Shown here piece after piece: positions 24,273 to 35,975 of a stretch of 64,000 nucleotides of DNA (positions within the stretch are counted from its first letter, which is position 1; each line of letters begins with the position of its first letter). Origin of the DNA: an uncultured Gammaproteobacteria bacterium (GTDB taxonomy: Bacteria > Pseudomonadota > Gammaproteobacteria > CAWCPV01); the NCBI GenBank assembly GCA_963797555.1, contig CAWCPV010000009.1, positions 293,049-357,048 on the forward strand, read 5' to 3'. The translations under genes and the position numbers were made by a program. The notes under the pieces were generated by a model. It made no database searches, was not told the origin of the DNA, and worked only from the letters and a program-made list of their open reading frames with translations.

Positions 24273-25580
24273 ATGGTGAAGGGTTTCAACGCAGGCTGGA
24301 TCGCTGCGCTCGCTCTGCTCGTGCTGCCTGCGCGGGCCGGTGCAGTGCTCACCATCGAGATCACGCAGGGTGTGGAGGGCGCCTTGCCGATCGCCGTCGT
24401 GCCCTTTGGCATCGAAGGCGGCGCGACGCCCCCCGAAGACGTCTCGGCCATCGTTTCGGCCGATCTGCGGCGCAGTGGTCGTTTTTCGCCTCTGCCCCCG
24501 GATCGGCAGCCGGCCCAGCCCACCGAGGCCGCCCAGATGGACTTCGGTCCCTGGCGGGGTGCGGGCATCGAGGATCTGGTGATCGGCAAGGTCCGCCCCG
24601 ACCCGGCTGGCGGATACCAGGTCGAGTTCCGGCTGTTCGACGTGTTCCAGGGCGGCCAGCTCGTCGGGAGCAGCTATGTCGCGTCAGCTCGGCGGCTACG
24701 CGCCCTGGCGCACAAGATCAGCGACGTAATCTACGAGAAGCTGACCGGCGAGCGCGGTGCATTTTCGACGCGCATTGCCTATGTCATCGTCACCAAGGGC
24801 GCAGGCGGCCAGAGCCGTTACGAGCTGCAGGTGGCGGACGCCGACGGCTACAACCCGCAGAGCATCCTTATCTCGCAGGAGCCGGTGCTCTCGCCGGCCT
24901 GGTCCCCGGACGGCCGCCGGCTGGCCTACGTATCCTTCGAAAATCGCTACGCACACGTGTTCGTTCAGGACGTGGCCAGCGGGCGGCGCGACCGGGTGGC
25001 GGCGTATCCCGGCCTGAACAGCGCGCCGGCCTGGTCCCCGGACGGGAGAGCCCTGGCGCTCAGTCTGTCCAAGGACGGCAATCCCGAAATCTATATCCTC
25101 GATCTGGCCGCACGGCATCTGCGGCGCGTGACCGAGAATCTGGCCATCGACACGGAGCCGGCTTGGTCCCCGGACGGCAAGTCGCTGGTGTTTACCTCGG
25201 ACCGCGGCGGCAACCCTCAGATCTACCGTGTCCCGGTCGCGGGCGGCGCGGCGGAGCGGCTGACCTTCCAGGGTGATTACAATGCGCGCGCCAGTTTCTC
25301 CCCCGACGGCCAGCGGCTCACGCTGCTGCACGGTGACAGGGGAAGTTACCGCATCGCGGTGCTCGACCTTCGGGACAAGTCGCTGCACGAGCTGACCGAA
25401 GACCAGTTGGACGAGTCGCCCAGCTTCGCCCCTAACGGCAGCATGATCATCTACGCCACCCAGGCAGGAGACCGCGGCGTGCTGGCTGAGGTGTCGGTGG
25501 ACGGCCGGATGCGCCAGCGGCTGGTCGCCGGGGACGGAGACGTGCGCGAGCCCGCTTGGGGACCGTTCGGTGCTGACTAA
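24273..25580 (+). CDS. tolB: TolB
   Basis: IAVVPF, STRIAYV, repeated PAWSPDG propeller blades. Confidence 0.96.
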   Translation: MVKGFNAGWIAALALLVLPARAGAVLTIEITQGVEGALPIAVVPFGIEGGATPPEDVSAIVSADLRRSGRFSPLPPDRQPAQPTEAAQMDFGPWRGAGIEDLVIGKVRPDPAGGYQVEFRLFDVFQGGQLVGSSYVASARRLRALAHKISDVIYEKLTGERGAFSTRIAYVIVTKGAGGQSRYELQVADADGYNPQSILISQEPVLSPAWSPDGRRLAYVSFENRYAHVFVQDVASGRRDRVAAYPGLNSAPAWSPDGRALALSLSKDGNPEIYILDLAARHLRRVTENLAIDTEPAWSPDGKSLVFTSDRGGNPQIYRVPVAGGAAERLTFQGDYNARASFSPDGQRLTLLHGDRGSYRIAVLDLRDKSLHELTEDQLDESPSFAPNGSMIIYATQAGDRGVLAEVSVDGRMRQRLVAGDGDVREPAWGPFGAD

Positions 25581-25606
25581 TGCCTTTCTGCGATGAGGAG
25601 ACCGTG

Positions 25607-26176
25607 ATGAAGCTGTTGGTGAGAGTCCTGATCATGGCTTTCGTGGCCTGGCTGGTTGCGGGCTGTAGCACCGCGCCCAAGAAGGAAGCGCCGGCGCCGG
25701 TGCAAGGGCCTGGCGCGGGTGCGACGACCCAGGGCGCGGGCGGCCAGCCGGGCGTGGGAGGCGCTGAGGTCGGCGCCACACCTTGGCGTGAAGGCCCTGA
25801 AGGTCGCCCCGGGGAGGCCGTGGGCGGCCCGGATAGCCCTTGGTCGAGCCGCGTCATCTACTTCGACTTCAACAGCAGTCAGGTGCGCGACGAGTTCCGG
25901 CCCATCCTCCAGGCCCAGGCCACGTATCTGAGCGCTCATCCCAGCGCGCGGGTCGTGCTGGAAGGCCACACCGACGAGCGCGGCTCTCGGGAGTACAACC
26001 TGGGGCTGGGCGAGCGCCGCGCACAGGCGGTGCGCCAGATCCTGCTGGTCCTCGGGGTGTCTGCGCAGCAGATGCAGGTGGTGAGCTACGGTAAAGAGAA
26101 GCCCGCCGCCGTGGGCCACAACGAGGAGGCCTGGCGTATGAACCGACGGGTAGAGATCGTGTACTCGGGCTCCTGA
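25607..26176 (+). CDS. pal: Peptidoglycan-associated lipoprotein
   Basis: VAGC lipobox, IYFDF, GHTDERGSREYNLGLGERRA, NRRVE. Confidence 0.96.
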   Translation: MKLLVRVLIMAFVAWLVAGCSTAPKKEAPAPVQGPGAGATTQGAGGQPGVGGAEVGATPWREGPEGRPGEAVGGPDSPWSSRVIYFDFNSSQVRDEFRPILQAQATYLSAHPSARVVLEGHTDERGSREYNLGLGERRAQAVRQILLVLGVSAQQMQVVSYGKEKPAAVGHNEEAWRMNRRVEIVYSGS

Positions 26177-26178
26177 GG

Positions 26179-26979
26179 GTGCGCCCCGTGCTTCGCAGGG
26201 TTCCGGCCGCCTTCGGGCTCGGGCTGCTGCTCGTCTGTGTTGCGGTCGAGGCGAGATTGGATGCGGAGCTCGAGGCGCGGGTGGCACGCCTCGAGCGGAT
26301 GCTGGAGAGCGGTGGACTGCTGGATTTGGTGACGCGCCTGGATAGGCTCCAAGAGCAGGTGCAGCGGCTCCAGGGCCAACTGGACGTCCAGGGCCATACC
26401 CTGGAGCAACTGCGCGAGCGCCAGCAGCATCTCTCCGCAGAGCCGGCGCCGGGGACGGCCGAGCCAAGGGGAGGGGAACCGGCGCCAGAGGGCGAGCCGC
26501 CGGCACCGCCGCCATCACCCGCCGCATCGCTTGTCCCACCGCCGCAGTTCGGTACGCCTCCTCCGCCGCCTGCCGAGCCACCGAGCGCAGCCTCGAGCGA
26601 GCAGGACATCTACGAACGTGCACTGGGGCTGCTGCGTAATCGGCGCTATGGCGAAGCCGCCCAGGCATTCCAGGCGTATCTCGGGGCCTACCCGAGGGGG
26701 GAGTATGCGCCCAATGCCGCCTACTGGCTGGGCGAAGCATACTCCGTCAACGGCAAGGCCGACCAGGCCATGGCGGCGTTCCGCAAGGTGCTCGACGATT
26801 ACCCGCAGAGCGCCAAGGTCCCCGATGCGATGCTCAAGATCGGGGTCATCCAGGCCGACCAGGGACATCGCGCCGAAGCGCTCCAGACCTTGGAGCAAGT
26901 GCTCGCCCGCTACCCGGACTCCACGGCGGCCCGGCTCGCCCAGGACCGTCTGGAGCGGCTGAAGGGCACGGCCGGCTGA
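26179..26979 (+). CDS. cpoB: Cell division coordinator CpoB (YbgF)
   Basis: N-terminal coiled coil plus TPR (NAAYWLGE, KVPDAMLKIG); follows pal. Confidence 0.93.
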   Translation: MRPVLRRVPAAFGLGLLLVCVAVEARLDAELEARVARLERMLESGGLLDLVTRLDRLQEQVQRLQGQLDVQGHTLEQLRERQQHLSAEPAPGTAEPRGGEPAPEGEPPAPPPSPAASLVPPPQFGTPPPPPAEPPSAASSEQDIYERALGLLRNRRYGEAAQAFQAYLGAYPRGEYAPNAAYWLGEAYSVNGKADQAMAAFRKVLDDYPQSAKVPDAMLKIGVIQADQGHRAEALQTLEQVLARYPDSTAARLAQDRLERLKGTAG

Positions 26980-27006
26980 GGGACGTGCGCTCGGGCGGAG
27001 TGCTCC

Positions 27007-27648
27007 ATGAGCCGCCTGCGGATCACCGAGATCTTCTATTCCCTGCAGGGCGAAGCTCGTTCAGCCGGGTGGCCCACCGTCTTCGTGCGCCTCACCGGCT
27101 GCCCGCTGCGCTGCGGGTATTGCGATACGGCCTATGCTTTCCACGGGGGTGCGTGGTACGAGATCGACCCGATCCTGGCGGAGGTCGCCCGCTACCGCGT
27201 CCGCCACGTGACCGTCACCGGGGGCGAGCCCCTGGCACAGCGCGACTGCAACGAGCTGTTGCAGCGACTCTGCGACAGAGGCTATGAGGTCTCGCTGGAA
27301 ACGGGCGGAGCTGTCGACATCTCGGGCGTGGACCAGCGGGTGATCACGGTCATGGACCTCAAGACCCCGGGCTCCGGCGAGGCCGAGCGAAACCGGTACG
27401 AGAACATCGCTCATCTGCGTTGCAGCGATCAGGTCAAGTTCGTGCTCTGCCACCGAACGGACTACGAGTGGGCGTGCGACATGCTGCAGCGGCACGCGCT
27501 TCCCGCGAGATGCGAGGTGCTGTTCTCCCCGAGCTACGGGGAGCTGAACGCGGGTCAGCTCGCCGACTGGATCCTGGAGGACCAGCTACCGGTGCGCATG
27601 CAGATCCAACTGCACAAGGTGCTGTGGGGCGACGTGCCAGGGCGGTGA
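27007..27648 (+). CDS. queE: 7-carboxy-7-deazaguanine synthase
   Basis: [23 protein letters not shown]. Confidence 0.95.
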   Translation: MSRLRITEIFYSLQGEARSAGWPTVFVRLTGCPLRCGYCDTAYAFHGGAWYEIDPILAEVARYRVRHVTVTGGEPLAQRDCNELLQRLCDRGYEVSLETGGAVDISGVDQRVITVMDLKTPGSGEAERNRYENIAHLRCSDQVKFVLCHRTDYEWACDMLQRHALPARCEVLFSPSYGELNAGQLADWILEDQLPVRMQIQLHKVLWGDVPGR

Positions 27649-27775
27649 TTGGCTCGTTGCGCTACGGCCCCGCAAGACGGGATCGGATATCCGGCGAGTC
27701 GAGGTGGCCGAGGTGCCGGCGCACGGACGCGCCGTTCTCGGTACGTGCTTCGTGCCCGGGTCCGCTGCGCAGCCC

Positions 27776-28462
27776 GTGAAGGAAAAGGCCGCCATTCTGC
27801 TCTCCGGCGGACTCGATTCCGCCACCACCCTCGCGCTCGCCAGAGCACAGGGTTACACCTGCTGCGCCCTCAGCGTTGCCTACGGTCAACGCCACGCGGT
27901 GGAGATCGAAGCGGCGCGGCGCGTGGCCCGCGCCCTCGGTGCGCTCGAGCACAGGACCATCGAGGTGGGTCTGGATACCATCGGCGGCTCCGCCCTGACT
28001 GATCCTTCCATGGCGCTGCCGGAGCGACCGACCCGGGGCATCCCCGTCACTTATGTCCCGGCCAGAAACAGCGTGCTTCTGGCCTTGCTGCTCGGTTGGG
28101 CGGAGGTGCTGGGGGCGCGCGACCTGTTTATCGGCGTGAATGCGGTGGACTACTCGGGCTATCCGGACTGCCGCCCGGCCTTCATTCGGGCCTTCGAGCG
28201 GCTGGCCAACCTGGGCACGCGGGCGGGGATCGAGGGGACGCGATTCCGCGTGCATGCGCCGCTCATGTACCTGACCAAGGCGCAGATCGTCCGGGAAGGC
28301 GCCCGCTTGGGCGTCGATTACGGACTGACCGTGTCCTGCTACGCTGCGGACGAAGCAGGCCGCGCCTGCGGAGTCTGCGATGCCTGTCGGCTGCGGGCAC
28401 GGGGCTTCGAGGAGGCGGGACTGCCCGATCCCACCGTGTACCGCAGCGCAGGCCCGGCTTGA
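27776..28462 (+). CDS. queC: 7-cyano-7-deazaguanine synthase
   Basis: [29 protein letters not shown]. Confidence 0.96.
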   Translation: MKEKAAILLSGGLDSATTLALARAQGYTCCALSVAYGQRHAVEIEAARRVARALGALEHRTIEVGLDTIGGSALTDPSMALPERPTRGIPVTYVPARNSVLLALLLGWAEVLGARDLFIGVNAVDYSGYPDCRPAFIRAFERLANLGTRAGIEGTRFRVHAPLMYLTKAQIVREGARLGVDYGLTVSCYAADEAGRACGVCDACRLRARGFEEAGLPDPTVYRSAGPA

Positions 28463-28474
28463 AGCGGCTGCGGC

Positions 28475-29179
28475 CTAGCCAGGTGTGAGTGCGGGGCCGG
28501 CGGGGGCGTTCAGGCCCGTCGCGCCGTCGAGCTTGGCGTCTGCCAGATGGGTCTCGCGCAGGTCGGCCCCCTCCAGGTTCGCTCCCTGAAGGTTGGCCCA
28601 GCGGAAGGTCGCTCCCTTGAGGCTGGCGCCCTGAAGGTTGGCGCCCTCCAGGTTGGCCGACACGAAGTCGGTGGCCACCAGGCGGGCCCCCGTCAGGTTG
28701 GCCCGCTGCAGGTTCGCCCACTTCAGGTTGGCGTTCTCCAGGTTGGCGCCCTGCAGGTCGGCCCACTGCAGGATGGCACCCTGCAGCGTCGCGTGCTGCA
28801 AGTCGGCGTCCCGCAAGTGTGCTGCGGCGAGGTCCGCTTCGAACAGCGTCGCCCCGCGCAGGACCGCCTGCTGCAGGTCCGCCTCCCGCAACTGTGCCTT
28901 GATGAGCCTCGCCTCCGTGAGGTTGGCCGCGCGCAGCCTGGCCTTCAGCAGCAGCGCGCCCTTGAGGTTGGCGCCGGCCAGCGAGGCGCGCTCCAGGTTG
29001 GCGCCCTGCAGGTTGGCGCCTTCCAGGTTCGCACCCGTGAGGGTCGCCTCCGCGAGCCAGGCGACCCCCGGCAGCTCGATCCCCGAGAGGTCGACGCCGC
29101 GCAGGTACGGTGGGCCGCGGCCCGCGATGATGGCGAGCAGGAGCGTACGTCGGCTCAGCTCGGCCACGGTGTCCCCCAC
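28475..29179 (-). CDS. Pentapeptide repeat protein
   Basis: Long run of A(N/D)LxG units. Confidence 0.9.
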   Translation of the reverse strand: MGDTVAELSRRTLLLAIIAGRGPPYLRGVDLSGIELPGVAWLAEATLTGANLEGANLQGANLERASLAGANLKGALLLKARLRAANLTEARLIKAQLREADLQQAVLRGATLFEADLAAAHLRDADLQHATLQGAILQWADLQGANLENANLKWANLQRANLTGARLVATDFVSANLEGANLQGASLKGATFRWANLQGANLEGADLRETHLADAKLDGATGLNAPAGPALTPG

Positions 29180-29228
29180 CCCGATCCAGTCGCGGCCCGT
29201 CCGCCCTCCGCGTCACGGACCACGGTGC

Positions 29229-29666
29229 TCAGCCGCAGCCGCTCAGGCGATGGGCCCAGTCCAGGATGGGCTTGACGCGATCCGCCAGGGCGTCGCGGGC
29301 TTCGGTGTAGGTCATCCATCGGAACTCGTTGTGCTCCGGCCGCCCGAGCTCGGGGCTCACCGGCAGCCGCACCTCCCCGACCGGGGCTTCGGCCACGTAG
29401 TAGCGCGCGATCTTGCCGCGGCTGTATGGGGCCGTCTCGCGGTAGGATTCGCCCCAGCGGAACTCGATCTCGCGCAGCGTGGTCTCCTCCTCCACTTCCC
29501 GCCGTGCCGCACGCAGCGCGTCCTCGCCGGATTCCACCAGGCCCTTGGGGAAGTCCCAATAGTTGTAGGCCCTGAGCAGCAGATAGCGGCAAGCGGATGC
29601 ATCGCGCCGGATGACGATGACTCCCGCGGACAGGATGCGCGCATCGGTCTGTTTACCGCGCGCCAT
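29229..29666 (-). CDS. NUDIX hydrolase (Ap4A hydrolase-like)
   Basis: WDFPKG, Nudix box GLVESGEDALRAARREVEEET, EH..FRW. Confidence 0.9.
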   Translation of the reverse strand: MARGKQTDARILSAGVIVIRRDASACRYLLLRAYNYWDFPKGLVESGEDALRAARREVEEETTLREIEFRWGESYRETAPYSRGKIARYYVAEAPVGEVRLPVSPELGRPEHNEFRWMTYTEARDALADRVKPILDWAHRLSGCG

Positions 29667-29840
29667 GAGTGCTATTCCCGAGCCCGTTCACGCAGGAGCG
29701 GCCGCATCAGCCCAGCCTCGCAGGTAGTTTCTCGTAATGCAGGCCGGACCATCAAGAGAAATTTCAGATCGCGGCGCAGGACCGTCCTGCGGCCGGCAGC
29801 TCCGACTCAGGCGCTGACCCGTACGGAGGTACCGTAGGCC

Positions 29841-30830
29841 ATGCGCTCGCTGAGCTACGAAGAGCGCGCCATGCTGTTTTCGCACCTAGCGCAGCTCGAG
29901 GATGCGGGCGTACCGGCCGCGTCGGCGCTCCGCACGCTGGGGCAAAACGGTGCGACCGCGCTGGCGGCGCGCGCCAGATGTGCCGCTGCCGGGGTCGGTG
30001 CGGGGCGCGATATCGCGCGGGCGGGCTTCCGCTGTGGGCTGTTCACGACCTTCGAGCGGGAGCTGCTCCTCGCGCTGCTGAAGGGCGGCAGCCCCGCCGG
30101 CGCTTACCGGCGTCTGGCAGCCCATTATCGGGCCAAGCGGGCGCGGCGGCGGACCATCCGTTCCCGGTTGTTCGTCCCGGGTACGATGCTCGTGCTCGCG
30201 CTGTTCGTGGCACCCCTGCCCGCGCTCGTCGCCGGGGAGACGAGCGTCACCGGCTACTGGCTGGCTACGGTGGGCTCTCTGGTCGGACTCGCGGCGTTCC
30301 TCTATGTGCTGATCCGGCTGCCGGCATGGCTGCGGGAGAGCGGACGCTGGCCGGTGCTGGCCACTGCCGTGGACGGCCTGCTGGTCCACCTGCCTGTTTT
30401 CGGTCCCATGAACGTCCGCCGCGCGATCCGCGACTTTCTGGAAACCCTCGCATGGCTGCTGGCCGCGGGCGTGCCGCTGCTGGAAGCCTCGGCGGAGGCG
30501 TTGCGCGCGGTCGACAACCGAGTGGTCCGAGCCGGCCTGTCCGAGATCGAAGTGCGGCTGCGCGCGGGCAGGCCTCTCGCCGAGGCGGTGCGAGGCAATC
30601 CCTACATCGGCCGGAGTCGGGCGCTGCCCTTCATCTCCACCGGGGAGGGCTCCGGTACGCTCCCTGAAATGCTGCTGCGCCATGCAGCGGCGGAGACCGA
30701 GGCCATCGCCAGCTTCGACGACGTGGTCGCCGAGTGGCTCCCGAGGCTCGCGTATGCCGCGGTCGCGGCCTGGATCGCCGGCGGCCTGCTGGTACGGACT
30801 CTGGTGGCGTCATACACAGCCCTTGGTTGA
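29841..30830 (+). CDS. Stand-alone GspF/PilC family membrane protein
   Basis: Two T2SSF-like repeats (LAQLEDAGVP; LLAAGVPLLEA...TGEGSGTLPEML). Confidence 0.82.
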   Translation: MRSLSYEERAMLFSHLAQLEDAGVPAASALRTLGQNGATALAARARCAAAGVGAGRDIARAGFRCGLFTTFERELLLALLKGGSPAGAYRRLAAHYRAKRARRRTIRSRLFVPGTMLVLALFVAPLPALVAGETSVTGYWLATVGSLVGLAAFLYVLIRLPAWLRESGRWPVLATAVDGLLVHLPVFGPMNVRRAIRDFLETLAWLLAAGVPLLEASAEALRAVDNRVVRAGLSEIEVRLRAGRPLAEAVRGNPYIGRSRALPFISTGEGSGTLPEMLLRHAAAETEAIASFDDVVAEWLPRLAYAAVAAWIAGGLLVRTLVASYTALG

Positions 30831-31145
30831 TCAGCTCGGCGGTCGGTGACACGCGGCAAGCGGCCAAGACGACCGCATGTCAGGAGTCCTGTAGGCTATA
30901 AAGGTAAGGATCTGACCCTTGGCGGACGCTCACGTCCTTCCCTTCCGGGTTTGCGGGATGAGGAAACGACGCTTGAGAAGGTCGTCGCGGAGCGCTTCGG
31001 CCTGCGGAACCCCGGCAGCAGACCGGCCCCAGCCGGCGCGTCCGAAGGGATACGCGGAAGGAATGCTGCGGCACCCTCAGCGCGTTAGAGCCAGCGCGTG
31101 GCAATGCCGCGGGATGTAACATATAAGCCGAGTTCCGAATTTCCC

Positions 31146-31161
31146 AGATACTAGAGTATCT
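31146..31161. promoter_or_regulatory. Palindromic operator-like site upstream of STAND gene
   Basis: AGATACT-AG-AGTATCT perfect 7-bp inverted repeat in an AT-rich stretch. Confidence 0.35.
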
Positions 31162-31232
31162 TTGGTTCTCATCCTACCATCCTGCACCGCCATCCTCCTG
31201 CACGACGCCCTTTCAAAAGTATCCATGGATCC

Positions 31233-34200
31233 ATGCTCGTCGAACTGCTGAGAAAGCTGGCCGCAACTGGCCATGATGGCTTCGAGGGATTGATTGCAGG
31301 CCTGCTCGAAACCCTCACAGGCCGGCAGTTCCACTTGGCACGTGCGGGTAGCCAGGCCGGACGCGACATGACGGCAGATCGCTCAGGAGCAAGCCTTATA
31401 GCTGTGGAATGCAAGCGATACGGCACGGCGACGAATCTCGACGTACGTGAATTGCTAGGGGAACTGGTGCAAGCAGCAGCTACGATCCCTGATCTCGATC
31501 TATGGGTGCTTGTAACCTCCCGCCCGGTAGACGACCAGCTCATCAGCCCGCTCTGCGATGAAGCCCGCCGTCGGGGCGTCGAGTTCCGCGCCATTGCAGA
31601 CAGTGACGGCGCACCGAGCACATTGAAGGCGCTGTGTGCACAGGACTCCGAGCGCACCCTGGGAATGCTGGCGCCTGGGCTCGCCACCGCCGACCTTGAC
31701 CATCTACGCCGCGAACTGCAGGACATTTCCCATCACACCTCCTTCCGGTCTGTAGTCAGACGCTTGCGGGAGTGGTTTTCGGCCCCGTTCATCGGCTACG
31801 ACCAATGGCGAACGGCGCAGCAGAACGTCTTCCTCCAACGACTGCACGATGAGCCCGAGAGCCGCGCGGCCTTTTACCAGCCGCTGAACGTTATGGCCGG
31901 GGAAGGTGGGTTGGTGGAGCGTCGGGTTGCCTGGACCCGGCTCGACCAGTGGCTCGGTCAGTGGTACTCGACACGCTCCATCCTTGTGCTTACCGGTGAA
32001 GAGGGCGATGGCAAGACTTGGGCGCTTGCCTCCTGGCTCGCGCTGGGCACCAGTGAGCGGCCCGCCTTCCCACCGGTGGTTTTCGTGCCTTCGCCCCACG
32101 CGGATACCACCGACCCGATCAGACTCGTGGCCACCGAGTTGGCACGGTGGCATGGCCAGCCGTATCACGAATTCTGGTGCCGACGCATTGAGCGTTGGCT
32201 GCAGCGTCCAGTGTCGGAGATGCCAATGATGCTCTTGGTGCTCGACGGCATCAACGAGCGTTCCAACTTCACAGTGTGGCGCGCGCTGCTGGAGTGCCTG
32301 CGAACTGGCCCTTCGGCAGAGCGGGTAGCGGTCGTCATCACCTGCCGAGCGCAATACTGGGAGCGCTATTTCGCTGGCCTCGATTATCTCAATACCGATT
32401 CCTGGCTGTTGCCACCCTATGATGACTCCGAGCTTCGGATTGCATTGGCACGACGGCACATGAGCCCCTCCCAATTTTCGGCCGAAATGCTCCGGTTGCT
32501 TCGCAAACCTCGCTATCTGGATCTTGCCATCCGGTATGCAGCGCAACTTCAAGCGAGCGGGGACTTTACGCCAGCGCGCCTGATCTTTGAAGACTGGAGC
32601 GACCGCTATCGGCGCAAGACTCGTCTGTCGTTAAACGACTTCCAGTTCCAAGCGGTACTTCAGGACCTCGCGCGCATTAGGCGAAGCGGGCAGGAAAGCC
32701 TTCGCGACTCCGAAGTTCGCGGCATTCTGCGTGATTATGAGGGCGCCTACGACGAGCTGTGCAGCGGCGGGGTATTGATTGCGGTTGGCCACACTCGGAC
32801 GCGGTACAAGATCGACGAGAGCCGCCTTGCACTGGGCCTCGGCCTGCTGCTAGCCGAGGAAGTGGAGAGAACAGCAGCCGAAATGGGGGATCTGGACGAG
32901 ACCATTGCGCAGTGGCTGGAGCCGCATCGCGAGATGGATCTCAAGGCGCGCATCTGCGAGATGGCAGCGCTGTCGACCCTCCAGCGGGGGGCTTCACAGA
33001 CAGTCTGCGTGGCGCTGCTGCATGCCTGGCTCGAATGCCTCAACTGCGGAGATAGGTTCGACGAGACCTTCCCGCCTATCTGCCGCTATCCCCGCCGACC
33101 TACCTGGCGCTCGCCGAGCGTATCTGGTCCGACGAGAGCGATAACCCCATCGGACAGGAACTTCTGATGCGTGCCCTGTTGCGCTGGCACCAGATCCCGC
33201 GTCTGGAGTCCCTGCTGCCGCCCACATTCGAGCGTTGGCTAGGCTTCGTTCATCCTCAGGGGTTTCCGCTCAAGCGCCCGAGTGGGGGAGACCCCGCCGC
33301 CGACAAGAAGCGGCTAAAGGAAACCCGTACGGAGATTGCGCGCCGCGCCGGCCATGAACTGGAGATGGGCACGCAGATCGAGCGAGCTGGCTGTGCGCTC
33401 ACTGTCATCAACGATGGTGGGCTGCTACGGCTTGGGCGGTTCGCATTGGCGGTCATTTCCCATCTGCCTCGGCGCCCTTACGTGCACGCTCTAGCCGTTG
33501 GCTGTGTTGCCGAAGCGATTATGAACCACCCGGATAAGTATCAGCTTTTCGCATGGACCCTGCGCTCTTCCTCAGAGCCGCTGTGGAGCGCGGTCCACAG
33601 CGAAGTGCAGCGGCTGCTCGCCGACGACAGCCTTGCTGGTCAGCAGGCTGCCCATCGCCTGCTTTCCTTCAACGGCAGCGAAACGGCACATCGCGTCCAA
33701 CAAACACTGCCTGCGGATCTGTTCCCGAAAAATCCTCTGGTAGTGCAGCATGAGCGCGACCCTTGCATCTCGTTTTTTCGCTGGACCAGAACGGATTGCG
33801 AGAAGTGCCTGTCGCGAGCGGACGTCCCGACCCGTCTGCTTGCGGAAAGGCTCGCCCGATTCTGCATAGATCCCGAACTGCCGGTACCCGCTGATCTCGG
33901 TCAGCGGATCGTTCCCCTGGCCCAAAGCATCCCGATCCACGAAGTATGGTCTCAGCTCGGCGTCACTGCAGCGGATCTTGCGATCCGGGATCTGGAGCCA
34001 GCGCTGTGCGCCTATGCCCCGGAGGCATTCGCGGACCTCATGCGCTGCATTGTGCGTGACGCCGCGAGCCGGCGGGATATGCCGCTGCGCCAGCTCTGCT
34101 GGCACTTGGTGGAACATACGCTGCTGTTTGGGCCCGACGAGTGGCGTGCACTGCGCACTGCTTGGGACCGCTTACATCAAACAGCCGGTCCGCTGGCCGA

Positions 34201-35932
34201 ACCCGAGCGCGTCGCCGAGCATCAGCTATTTGAGGTGCTGCTGGAGACGATGACCGCCGAGGAGCAGCTAGACCGGCTATTAGCGCGGCCGGACGAGGCA
34301 TCCGATCTCCTGGCCTTCCAAAGACATTTCGCCGAGATCACCGACTGGCAGACCATTTCCCCACGGTTGACGGAAGGTATGGATACGAAGAGCCTCACCA
34401 GGGTGCTATGGTTCGTCTCCCGCCATCCGGAGCAGATTCCAGCCGGGATCCTTGAGCGCACTGCGGACTATGTCGAGCATGAGGACACAGTGGTCCGCAC
34501 TGCTGCCCTGGACATTCTCTACGGAGCCGGGTCTCCCACTGTCCTGCAAGGTTTCCTTCGAGGGAAATGGGCCTGGGGGACCGCCCGCTGCCGCAGGGAA
34601 AATCACTTGGGAAGCTTGCTGCTGTGTGAGTATGGCGAGGACCTGGCGTATGAGGAGTTGCGCCGAAGAGTCGATCCAGCTTACTTGGGCTATGCCATTC
34701 ACTGCCGGGGTCTGTCAGCTGACGAAGCCCAACAGTACGCCGAGGATGTCCACCGGGTATGGGGATCGTTGTCGACGCCGCAACTACCCGCCCTGCCTCC
34801 GAGCTTTCCCCTGTCGGAAACGGGCTGCGGGGCTGCGGCAGAGGCGCCCGCATTCAACTACATTCACCTCGCGCCCGAAATGCTTCCTCGCCGTTTCGTA
34901 TTCAAGAACCCAGATGCCACATGGGGTGGCGGCGCGCGGTCGACGCCGGATGCCTTCCCGCGTGACTTCTCGCTGGAGGGCGACCGGTTCGTGCAGGACC
35001 AGACCAAAGCGTTGAGCGACGGACTGGAACAGCAGTGGCAAGCGGGTAACACATGGTTCGGCATATGCCTTCCGACTCACGGACTGGATTGGATAGTTGC
35101 GCATCGCCCCGACTTGGTGGAGACCTGGTTGGCGCCAGTGCTGGAAACCGGCCACGCAGCGAGCCGCTTGCTGGCCGTGGCTGCCGGTTTCTACGAGGCG
35201 CTGTGCAAGGTGCTGCTGCGGCAAGCCCCTGAACGAGGTGTCGCTCTATACAGGCGGCTGAAGAAATCGCAGTATCCGGTACGCTTCGTAGCTCAGTGGA
35301 GCGGAACTAGCCTGATCGAGCAGGCGCTGTTCGCTGCCCCGGCACACCCAGCCGTCGAGGTACTGTGGGAAGAGCGGCTGGCGAACTGCTGTACTGACCG
35401 GGAACTGCTGGAGCTAGTGCTGGTAGCCCAGTCTGGTCAGGCGCGTACCTGGCTGTGGTCCGTGATAGCGCGGGGGGTGGTCGCCCCGGTGCCATTCCAG
35501 CAAGCGCAGGTACTCATGCTGCTCGCGTTCATTGACGGTTCACAAGCTGACGACATGCTGAGCCGCTATGTCAAAGCGAGTCCCCAAACCTGGCTTGACC
35601 ACGTGGCTGCTGCAGCGTCTCGGTACCGCCAGAACAATTGCTGGGCGAGACACTGGTATGTCCGATTTCTCGGCACGGCGGACGATATAGCCTCGTGGGC
35701 CGCATTCCGCCTGTTCCTGCGGTGCGTCGATTCGCGGTACTGGTATTGGCGGAGTCCTTCGAGCCCGGACGACAGCACCGATGCCGCATGGAACAGACGC
35801 CTCCATTTCCTGGAGGCCAACAAGGAGGCAATCAAGAGGCACGCCCAAGAGAACGAAAAGCCACTGACGGAGGAGTTTCTAGCTCAAAAAGTGTTGAAGG
35901 GGGATGTGTGGCCGTGGCTAGAGCAGGCGTAA
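31233..35932 (+). CDS. Mrr-like nuclease-STAND NTPase, putative antiviral Avs-like protein (~1570 aa; apparent 1-base deletion near 33072)
   Basis: GFEGL...AGRD...VECKRY PD-(D/E)xK domain; Walker A GEEGDGKT; Walker B LVLDGINE; VVITCR; one extra C at 33071-33073 joins the two ORFs. Confidence 0.78.
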
Positions 35933-35975
35933 TGTGGGTCTGTCAATCAGGCAACGAGACAGCCGGCTGTTCCCG

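Noticed and set aside
27007-28462. queE/queC as a dpd DNA-modification defence system
   Set aside because: Standard housekeeping position after tol-pal; no dpdA/tgt-like gene nearby.
28462-28500. tRNA expected downstream of queC
   Set aside because: No cloverleaf or T-loop motif is visible; the pentapeptide gene ends there.
28547-29837. Long + strand ORFs over the pentapeptide gene
   Set aside because: Shadow frames of the repetitive minus-strand gene; no start context or motifs.
30900-30920. AAAGGTAAGGATCTGACCCTT as a transposon end at the island's left border
   Set aside because: Resembles TGACCCC-type termini, but no matching opposite end or transposase was found.
33060-33170. Programmed frameshift or genuine two-gene split in the STAND gene
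   Set aside because: No slippery heptamer; a single missing C restores the frame, and similar indels affect housekeeping genes in this window.
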